Assembly (NCBI GenBank): GCA_903865745.1
Contig: CAIPKV010000001.1
Location: 41,992 to 105,991 of the forward strand
Source of the DNA: an uncultured Verrucomicrobia subdivision 3 bacterium
GTDB lineage: Bacteria > Verrucomicrobiota > Verrucomicrobiia > Limisphaerales > UBA11358
DNA length: 64,000 bases
Direction: 5' to 3'
Shown piece after piece: positions 40,102-47,385 of this stretch; position 1 is the first letter of the stretch, and each line of letters starts with the position of its first letter. The notes beneath the pieces are model-generated. The model was not told where the DNA came from and ran no database searches. It worked only from the letters and a program-made list of their open reading frames with translations. Both the position numbers and the translations under genes were made by a program.

Positions 40102-40677
40102 ATGAACAACATCAAAAAGTGGATCGGTCAGACATTGAACATCAATTGGTCCGTATCGAGAAACCACGAGAGCTATGGCGACAACGTATGCACCCTGCGA
40201 CATGAGGGCAAGAAACTTGCATCGTGTGACGGCGGCGGCTACGACATGGTCGGCAAAGTGTTCGGCAACTGGATGTGCCGCGCATTCAAGGATGAGCTGA
40301 ACAATCTCAAAATCAAACCGGGTGGTAAGTTCTACGGACTGTCGTTCCACGACCCGACGTATGATCCGGGCAAGACCACCTTCAAATGCGAAGACGGCGT
40401 CACTCGGACGATTGCGGAGGCCGAGAAGCTCGGCGTGTCTCTCGGTCTGGAGCGCTACCAGGATCAGTTCAAGGCCAGCAGCCCGGTGCCCACCAAGACA
40501 CACACAATGCCGAGCATTGATGGCGCCTGCGGCGTTGCTTCGGTGCGCGCCATCATGCAAGCAATCGGATTCGATATCCGTTGCGTGGAAGGGAGCAGGG
40601 TCAAGGGTGTTTACGTTATCAAGAAACACACGGTAAAAGCACGAAAAACGGTAAAGCAGCCAAACAGAGAGGCATGA
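40102..40677 (+). CDS. Hypothetical island protein
   Basis: 191-aa clean ORF with natural composition and no recognised family. Confidence 0.6.
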   Translation: MNNIKKWIGQTLNINWSVSRNHESYGDNVCTLRHEGKKLASCDGGGYDMVGKVFGNWMCRAFKDELNNLKIKPGGKFYGLSFHDPTYDPGKTTFKCEDGVTRTIAEAEKLGVSLGLERYQDQFKASSPVPTKTHTMPSIDGACGVASVRAIMQAIGFDIRCVEGSRVKGVYVIKKHTVKARKTVKQPNREA

Positions 40678-40695
40678 CCCACAAGTAGTAACAGT

Positions 40696-40749
40696 GCGGG
40701 AAGGCAGGTAATGGGTTTTAGACAATCTCAAACCCACCTGCCTTCCCAC
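40696..40749 (+). repeat. Conserved long stem-loop, copy 2
   Basis: GCGGGAAGGCAGGTAATGGGTTTTAGACAATCTCAAACCCACCTGCCTTCCCAC. The G-to-A change in the 5' arm is matched by a C-to-T change in the 3' arm relative to copy 1. Confidence 0.7.
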
Positions 40750-40789
40750 AACTCATTCCTGTCCGAATCAAAATCAACAATACCACGCC

Positions 40790-41239
40790 ATGACACGGGA
40801 CACTCAATCGATCATTAAAACCACCCCCAAGACCATTGCGTCGCCATTGACGCCGACGGTCGCCATCCCGCCAGAAGGCCGACCTGGAGGTCTTGCCAGC
40901 CCACCAAAGCGCATCCAGCTATCTCGCAGGCGCGGGTGGCGGAAGCCGCCGAACACGGTGGTGGTCGCCCGGCCAACGAAGTGGGGCAATCCGTTCAGAG
41001 CTACAGAGGACTACCCAGTGGAGCGTGCTGTGGCGGACTATGATAAATGGCTGCACACAGACCCACAGGGGATCGAGACCCTGCATGCTGCCAAGGTCGT
41101 ATTGTGCGGTATGAACCTCGCCTGCTGGTGCAGGCCGGGAACCCCATGCCACGCGGAAGTTCTCCTGAAATTGGTGAACGGCGATCCGAAGATCCCGGCC
41201 AAGGATGATTCATTACGGGTACATGTCGAAAACCGTTGA
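40790..41239 (+). CDS. DUF4326-like protein
   Basis: VVVARPTKWGNPF...DYDKWL...GMNLACWCRPGTPCHAEVLLKLVN. Confidence 0.7.
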   Translation: MTRDTQSIIKTTPKTIASPLTPTVAIPPEGRPGGLASPPKRIQLSRRRGWRKPPNTVVVARPTKWGNPFRATEDYPVERAVADYDKWLHTDPQGIETLHAAKVVLCGMNLACWCRPGTPCHAEVLLKLVNGDPKIPAKDDSLRVHVENR

Positions 41240-41439
41240 AAAATGATGTCAACCATATTTGTTCAAGATTTTGTTCGCTTAGGTTCGGGGCAGATGGGAT
41301 TAGGTTCGTAAGTCTTCGCAATCCTATTGCCTCTATCAGGTATCACTAGAAAACCACCGCTACTATCTGACCAGCGCAGGTCACACAGCTGGATGTTCCA
41401 GTTGGGACTGCGAAGACTAACAACAAACAACACCATAAC

Positions 41440-42291
41440 ATGAGCAGACAAACTAAAGTAAAAACAAGCACCACGTCGTCGACAACTCTGGAGCCCATCA
41501 CTCTGGACGAGTCCAAGCGGCTGATCGAACTGGAAAAAACCGTCGAGGCCGGCCGGCAGACATTCATCGCAGTAGGCACCGCCCTTGCCGAGATTCGCGA
41601 TACGCGACTCTACAAGGCCGACTTTGCGACGTTCGACGAGTACTGCGACAAGCGGTGGGGATTCACCCGGGCGCACGCGCACCGGCTCATCGAAGCTGCC
41701 AGCCTCGCCAAGGAAATGTCACCCGTGGGTGACATTCCGAACGAACGAACCGCCCGGGAGCTTGCCAGGGTGCCGGCGGTGGAACGCGCGATCGTCGTCA
41801 AGGCGGCTACGGCAAAGGCAAATTCGGCTGGCCGGAAGATGACCTCGAAGGACATATCACAGGCGGCATTGCCCCGGCCTGCCACCGTATCGGCCGTTCT
41901 GGTCGAGCCGAGCAGTGAGGCAGAATCGCCTCAGCCTGACAGCTCCGAACCCACATCACCATCAACCGAAAGTATGCTCCGGCGTCTTTGGGGGGTGGCC
42001 ACGCCTGTAGAGCGCAGCAGCTTCCTGGAGTGGGTCAAGACCCAGCCCGTCGAAGATGATGATGGACAATTCAAGTGCAATTCGTGTGAGGCAACCTTTG
42101 CCGACGCCAGCGAGGGAGTCTCGCTTTACGAGTGCAACGATTGCGGAACACGGTTCACCCAGGATACGTCGGCAAACGGCAACCACCAGTGCCCTGACTG
42201 CAATAAGTTCGGGAGCAAGGTTTCTGATTGTGGATGTCCCGAGTGCGGCGAGGGTGAACTGGAACAATGCCTTGCAGTAGCAAACAATTAA
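41440..42291 (+). CDS. Putative DNA-binding protein with C-terminal zinc-ribbon motifs
   Basis: The N-terminus, AVGTALAEIRDTRLYKADFATFDEYCDKRWGFTRAHAHRLIEAASLA, is a motif I recognise from phage and plasmid DNA-binding proteins. The C-terminus has CNSC..CNDC..CPDC..CPEC. Confidence 0.65.
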   Translation: MSRQTKVKTSTTSSTTLEPITLDESKRLIELEKTVEAGRQTFIAVGTALAEIRDTRLYKADFATFDEYCDKRWGFTRAHAHRLIEAASLAKEMSPVGDIPNERTARELARVPAVERAIVVKAATAKANSAGRKMTSKDISQAALPRPATVSAVLVEPSSEAESPQPDSSEPTSPSTESMLRRLWGVATPVERSSFLEWVKTQPVEDDDGQFKCNSCEATFADASEGVSLYECNDCGTRFTQDTSANGNHQCPDCNKFGSKVSDCGCPECGEGELEQCLAVANN

Positions 42292-42412
42292 TCGACACCT
42301 TTTATCTTTATGCCTCCACTTGTTATTAGAAGCTAAAACGTGCTGGCATCTATTCGAATCCAAGTCCTTGATGAACGGCCGCTGTAGGATGCATTGAAGC
42401 TGGTGGCATCCG

Positions 42413-42444
42413 CTTTGGAAGTCGTGCTTGCGCGACTTCCAAAG
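42413..42444. terminator. 12-bp perfect hairpin between convergent genes
   Basis: CTTTGGAAGTCG-TGCTTGCG-CGACTTCCAAAG. There is no U-tract. Confidence 0.4.
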
Positions 42445-42482
42445 CAAGCCGCTGGCGCAGTCCGTATTCCCAGCCAGATCGA

Positions 42483-42995
42483 TCAGCGCTTTTTCCCAAC
42501 CCCGGCATCGCCGAAATACTTCTCGACCAATTTGAGGTATTCTACAGGAAATTCCTCGCGCATTTTGGGTGCCTTTTTCAACGCGAATTCGCGAACAGCC
42601 AAAAGCTCATTCAGTCCGGGGAGCAGATCCCTGACCGGCTTGGCCATCATGGTCGTCAGGATGGCCTTTTTTTCTGATTTCTTCAGCCGATTGAACACAG
42701 TGAGCAGCAGCTTTTCAGCATCGCCCGCTTTCTCAAACTTGGGCGACAAGCGCTTATTGAGCCGGGCGAAATCCTCCGACCCCAGTTCTGATTCAACCCA
42801 GGCCGCGAGCAATTCCTCCCACTGGTCATCGGCCAGCTTGCAGCGCTGGGCAATCTGCCGCAGCGTGGACAGCTTAGTTGGAAGCCCCGCTTCCATCGCC
42901 ATGAGCGTCTGCCGGGACACGCCAGTGCGCTCGGCCATGTCCACGAAGGTCATCTCGCCCCGCACGCGGCGGATGGCATCAACGAATGCATTCAT
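42483..42995 (-). CDS. XRE/Cro-CI-family HTH regulator (repressor-like)
   Basis: MTFVDMAERTGVSRQTLMAMEAGLPTKLSTLRQIAQ. It is divergent from the 43275 gene cluster. Confidence 0.8.
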   Translation of the reverse strand: MNAFVDAIRRVRGEMTFVDMAERTGVSRQTLMAMEAGLPTKLSTLRQIAQRCKLADDQWEELLAAWVESELGSEDFARLNKRLSPKFEKAGDAEKLLLTVFNRLKKSEKKAILTTMMAKPVRDLLPGLNELLAVREFALKKAPKMREEFPVEYLKLVEKYFGDAGVGKKR

Positions 42996-43274
42996 CGGTG
43001 CAGTCTGTAATAGAAGACAGACACACGCCAGAAGTATTTTACATTTGGCTTGCGCCCGGACGGTGAATGTCGGAAGATATGGCTGTTGTTAAACAAAGAT
43101 GGCACTGAAAATATTCATGAACACATCGGGCTCATATATCTGCCAGGCTCAGAACGGTGTTGCTGCCATCCAGCTTCGCTGCCCGGTCGCACGCATTTGG
43201 CGGAATCGCCTCATCGCGTTCGCCCGGATTGCCATCGCATACGGGCTTGCGGCCACCCACACCATTTTCCCGTC

Positions 43275-43928
43275 ATGAACTATCACCGCCAAACTCAGAA
43301 CACTACCTGCATGCCGGCACGGCTTAACGACATGCAAATTTGTCAGTCGTTGCGGTCAGCACTTGACCTGCGGTTCTGCTTGCGCACCGGGCAGTTTAAG
43401 TTTCGTGCCCCTGGTCAGGCAAATATGACGGGCCTATCCGAGCACGAATTGCTCATGCTCATATCCACGACACTGGCTCAGCAGCCTGAGCACTTTGCTC
43501 CAGGTTCAATTCGTCCGCGCCGAGTGAAACGGTTGGTCAATGTGCTGCGGGGCCAGTGCGCCGACGCTAGTGGTGATGCCATCCTGGTCTTGCGTCGTTT
43601 CGTTGCCTCGGCATTGGAATTACAACCCGGAGCCGACGTAACAGGCGCTGAAATTCGCGAAGCTTTTGTCCGCGCCATCGCCGATCCGGTTCTTTCTGAC
43701 TACGAATTTCATCGGCATCTGCCGGTCATTGTCCGCAACGTATTCTGCGTCCCCAAATGTCACGACATCCGGCGCCCTGGTGTCTTGGGCAAACCAACTC
43801 ATCGGAACGGTTGGACTGGCCTCAAACTCCGTTTTGCTGCCAGAAAAACGGATGCGGCGGATGCGGCGGATACGAGTTCACAGACCTCAACCGACAATAA
43901 TTTCCAAACAAAAGATCAAATCTTATGA
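43275..43928 (+). CDS. Hypothetical island protein (tail resembles the C-terminal region of P4-type primases)
   Basis: The tracked ORF starts at 43050; the ATG at 43275 (MNYHRQTQ) avoids the promoter region. VTGAEIREAFVRAI...RNGWTGLKLR. Confidence 0.5.
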   Translation: MNYHRQTQNTTCMPARLNDMQICQSLRSALDLRFCLRTGQFKFRAPGQANMTGLSEHELLMLISTTLAQQPEHFAPGSIRPRRVKRLVNVLRGQCADASGDAILVLRRFVASALELQPGADVTGAEIREAFVRAIADPVLSDYEFHRHLPVIVRNVFCVPKCHDIRRPGVLGKPTHRNGWTGLKLRFAARKTDAADAADTSSQTSTDNNFQTKDQIL

Positions 43929-44509
43929 CAACCGCCGATGATACGCTCCCAGAGCCCGCAGCAGCGCCGGGCGCAGCGCCCTCCAGCAACGCCCAACCCG
44001 CGACGTCTGACGCCTCACAGGCCGCGCCAGCGCTGCCCTCGGCCACTACAACCACAACTGCCGGCCCATTAAAACCCGCGCCAAGCACATTCCAACAAAG
44101 CGCCGCTGCCATACAGCAGATGGTGCGCTTTAATCTTCTGAACCAAATCCGCCCCCGCCATTGGCCGGCATCCGTCCCCGCCAAGCCGCGCATTGGCGAG
44201 AACGACCTGCTGGTCGAGGGTCTGTTAAAGCTGACCAGCCGGGCCGGCACCGTTGTCCAGATTCCGCTCAGCACAATGTTGTCAGGCACGCTGAGCCCGG
44301 CGTTCCTGCCACTGGCAGAACTTCAGTTTGAGACTTTGCTGGATCAACTGCTCATCAAGCCGGCAACGATCGCTTTCACCGCCCACCTTGACAGCGTCAA
44401 GGCAGGGCGCGCGGCGGATGCCGGTAAAACTAAACTCACGCGCGCTGCTGAACAGGAGAAAGAAAATGACGCGATGCGCGATATCTTAACCCACAAAAAC
44501 CCCCAATAA
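43925..44509 (+). CDS. Hypothetical island protein (Ala/Pro/Thr-rich N-terminus)
   Basis: ATGA overlap with the preceding ORF. No family recognised. Confidence 0.5.
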   Translation: MTTADDTLPEPAAAPGAAPSSNAQPATSDASQAAPALPSATTTTTAGPLKPAPSTFQQSAAAIQQMVRFNLLNQIRPRHWPASVPAKPRIGENDLLVEGLLKLTSRAGTVVQIPLSTMLSGTLSPAFLPLAELQFETLLDQLLIKPATIAFTAHLDSVKAGRAADAGKTKLTRAAEQEKENDAMRDILTHKNPQ

Positions 44510-44512
44510 AAT

Positions 44513-45436
44513 ATGAACAAACAACGTATCGAAGAACTAGCCCGGCTGCTGCCGGCCGACGCCACCCTGTTCGCCGCTGGCCGCAAACCGGGCGACGCTG
44601 CCCCACGGCTGGCTGAACAACTGGCGATCGCAACCAATGACCCGGTATTTTGCCACCGGTTTATCATGGAATTCGTGCTACGGAAAGAACCGCTCCCGCC
44701 GGCCGTTTGGGAGGTGTGCCTCCGCCGCGCCCACTATCATTTCAGTTGCACCGCCGGTCACCCGGATCCAGTGCTCCTCGAGGTCGAGCAATTGGCGCTG
44801 CCGTCGGGCCACTTCAAGCGTCAGGTATTGCAGGCGCTATTGGTTTCCAGTGACTGCTCCTACACGCAGATTGCAAGATGGCTAGATCTGGGCGAACCGG
44901 TCATCCGCCTTTTTGAGCTGCTCTATTTTAATATTCGGAACCGATATGCCGAGACCGCCTATGTGGCGGGGCTGATTTTCCCTGAAGGACGGATGCAATT
45001 ATTGAAGACGGACGCCGCTGACAGCCTTCCCTTTGAAGCCCGGTTGTTGATGGCCGGTTATTTGTATGGGGCACCGGAAGTCCTTTGGCTGGCGGGCATA
45101 AACACCGACCAGACGCCTCCGTCGGTCACCCAGAGCCTGAAGGAATTCGAAGAAACCCTGTTGCAGAACGCGGTTAAACTTGCACGTTCGGGCGCGTTGA
45201 ACGCCAGTTCTGCGCCCGGGATCGCTCACGGCAAATCCTTGCTGGCTGCCAAGCGAAACGGCGATGCTTCAAACAACCCGGCACGCGAAAATCATATGCC
45301 CGACATTTCGCTCGGCGACGCAATTATGCTTTCGATGCGGCGTAAAACCACCGAGGAAGTCGAACAAGAACAAGCAGCTGCTATGGCACGTATGGAAGAA
45401 CATGAAAAATATTTCAAGTCGCTCGCCGGCAAGTGA
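44513..45436 (+). CDS. Hypothetical island protein
   Basis: 307-aa clean ORF starting 3 nt after the preceding stop. No family recognised. Confidence 0.55.
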   Translation: MNKQRIEELARLLPADATLFAAGRKPGDAAPRLAEQLAIATNDPVFCHRFIMEFVLRKEPLPPAVWEVCLRRAHYHFSCTAGHPDPVLLEVEQLALPSGHFKRQVLQALLVSSDCSYTQIARWLDLGEPVIRLFELLYFNIRNRYAETAYVAGLIFPEGRMQLLKTDAADSLPFEARLLMAGYLYGAPEVLWLAGINTDQTPPSVTQSLKEFEETLLQNAVKLARSGALNASSAPGIAHGKSLLAAKRNGDASNNPARENHMPDISLGDAIMLSMRRKTTEEVEQEQAAAMARMEEHEKYFKSLAGK

Positions 45437-45559
45437 ATTGGGTCCCAGCGCGGTGCGTGGCGCGCCGGCCACTTGCAGGCTGGTGGCCGCCTTATTTCTG
45501 TTTCGTCGTTAAGCGGTCAGGCCAGCGACGACGTGGTCGCGGTGCCTGAAGATGGATTT

Positions 45560-46435
45560 TCAAGGTGCGGCGGACGCTGCTCCGGAGGCTGGGAGGACAG
45601 GCCGACTTCCGGGCGGAGTTGCCTCCCCAGCGGCCGGTTTTGCCAGCGGCAGTTGCCCCTCGTCAATGGCCGCTGGCAGGCAGGGCAGATGAAACACGGT
45701 GGTGATGCCCGTTTCCCGCAGCGCCATCCAAGCGAGGTCGTTGTCCACAATCCGCGTCTTGAGGCAGACCACCTGCGAACCGACCAGCAGGAAGCCAAAT
45801 TCCAAATAGCCCAACTGCCGGCGGAAACGGACATTCAGCCCCTTCGGCGGCGGCAGCGGAATGCCGGTGGCCGCCGAACTCTGCGTCAGGGCGCGCATGA
45901 ACTCGGTCGCCATGACGGTGAAGCCGTGGCCAAACTGGCCGTCGAAGGTGCTCCCGAAGGCGAACTCATGGCACTCCCGGCCATGCGGCGAGGGATACCC
46001 AAAATAGGCGATGCCAGATTGAAACAACGGGCGATTCTTGGCGACCAGATAGGTGCAGGGCAGGAAAAGACCGTCGAAGCCAGCCTTCAGATAGTTGGCC
46101 ACGCTGTGGGCGATCAGGATGTTATTGTCCTCCTGCGCGCGCAGGCACTGCTCGTAGGCGGCGTCCTCGGGCTGCTGGCGCACGCCCATCAGCTCTAGGC
46201 CGCCGCACTGCATGACCAGCCCATAGTCCGCGCCCTGCTCCGGTGGGACGTTGTGGATCAAGCCGAACGGCAGGAAGTCGCGGATGGCCTGCAGCAGTTC
46301 CGGCGGCGGTTCCAACAACGCGACTTCACCGAATTGGGTGGCGATGGTTTTTATGGTTTTTGTCAATGGCTTTGCCGGGTGTTCGTCGAGGACTTCCCGC
46401 AGGACCATCTTGGGGGTGCAACTTGCGGGCGGCAA
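45560..46435 (-). CDS. Hypothetical protein
   Basis: 291-aa ORF with natural composition, whereas the overlapping plus-strand ORF 45473..46198 is Arg/Gly-rich. An alternative start lies at 46408. Confidence 0.55.
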   Translation of the reverse strand: MPPASCTPKMVLREVLDEHPAKPLTKTIKTIATQFGEVALLEPPPELLQAIRDFLPFGLIHNVPPEQGADYGLVMQCGGLELMGVRQQPEDAAYEQCLRAQEDNNILIAHSVANYLKAGFDGLFLPCTYLVAKNRPLFQSGIAYFGYPSPHGRECHEFAFGSTFDGQFGHGFTVMATEFMRALTQSSAATGIPLPPPKGLNVRFRRQLGYLEFGFLLVGSQVVCLKTRIVDNDLAWMALRETGITTVFHLPCLPAAIDEGQLPLAKPAAGEATPPGSRPVLPASGAASAAP

Positions 46436-46653
46436 ATTGAAAATGTTTTGATGGCCGCCCGCACCGGAACTGGCTCCCTCCGATGCGGGAGAAACGTGCG
46501 CTGCGACTTTGGAAAGGCCGGCGGCGGTGCGCTCCTGTTCGCCGGGGGGGGCAGTCGAGGAATCAAAATTGGCTCCAGCAGGAGCCGTTTTGCATCCCGG
46601 TGGCCACCTCTTGAAAATAACTCCGCCGGTGGCTGGCCGTAGCGGCTCTGCCT

Positions 46654-47385
46654 TTATTTGCCGCTGTGTTTGACGGTGAGTCGTTCAAGGGCAGGCGTCA
46701 ACATCTGCGGCTTACGCACCGGATGCACACGCCGACTTGATCGCCCGCGCGGCATTTGCAACGATTCCAATTTGTCCATCAGCCGTTGCCATAATGAATG
46801 GCGGCGACTTAGAAGATATTTTGTGGCAGGGGCCGGCTCCCGTATTTTAGTCCAGTAATCCCCCGTCGTGGTCCATATCGTGCGGTCGATCAATCCCACG
46901 ATGGCGTTGCGACACCAGTGGCCAGCGTTCAAGCGCTGCATGAATTCAGACGGCGTGAACGGGCCATCTTCAACCCCATCGTAATACACCCAGACAAAGT
47001 GTGCGGTTTCCGGCTTCGGGGCACCCAACTGCCGTATCAATTTGCATGACCAGACACCCGCCTGATGACGCATGGACGGATCGGCGTTCGGACTGGCACA
47101 ATGGGCGCTGTAGGTTCCGGTTAATTCCGTGCCTGAAATAATCCCCTGCCAGGTGATTGATGTCTTGGATCTCGGCACTTCGACCGTGAAAATAGCTTGG
47201 CCGTTCTTAATTGTCCCGCGAAATGGCACGGTGACAACATCCAGGGTGTCGAACAGGCTGACTTCGCCGTGCAAGGTCGTCTCGGTCGCCTCGTAAATGG
47301 TGAACATCAGGTTCGCCGTGACACTCACGCTGGTGTCGGTGCAGATGCCGATGTGCCAGCCGGCGAGTTGGGAATGAGGTTTCAT
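46654..47385 (-). CDS. Beta-rich N-terminal domain plus GYF_2 (DUF4339)-like domain protein
   Basis: VWVYYDGVEDGPFTPSEFMQRLNAGHWCRNAIV resembles GYF_2. It overlaps the upstream gene by 4 nt. Confidence 0.65.
   Translation of the reverse strand: MKPHSQLAGWHIGICTDTSVSVTANLMFTIYEATETTLHGEVSLFDTLDVVTVPFRGTIKNGQAIFTVEVPRSKTSITWQGIISGTELTGTYSAHCASPNADPSMRHQAGVWSCKLIRQLGAPKPETAHFVWVYYDGVEDGPFTPSEFMQRLNAGHWCRNAIVGLIDRTIWTTTGDYWTKIREPAPATKYLLSRRHSLWQRLMDKLESLQMPRGRSSRRVHPVRKPQMLTPALERLTVKHSGK

Larger units (their letters stand above)
31035..46435. mobile_element. Integrative genomic island (integrase, excisionase-like HTH proteins, helicase, XRE repressor, phage-associated DUFs); boundaries unresolved
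   Basis: A tyrosine integrase sits next to the tRNA. Content is phage/ICE-type, composition is mosaic (33.4-35.3 kb is clearly AT-richer), and many ORFs are orphans. I could not find att direct repeats by eye. Confidence 0.55.

Noticed and set aside
42394-43092. 232-aa plus-strand ORF
   Set aside because: It is antisense to the XRE repressor gene and is Ser/Ala-rich and low-complexity.
45473-46198. 241-aa plus-strand ORF
   Set aside because: It is antisense to the more protein-like 291-aa minus-strand ORF and is Arg/Gly/Ala-rich.
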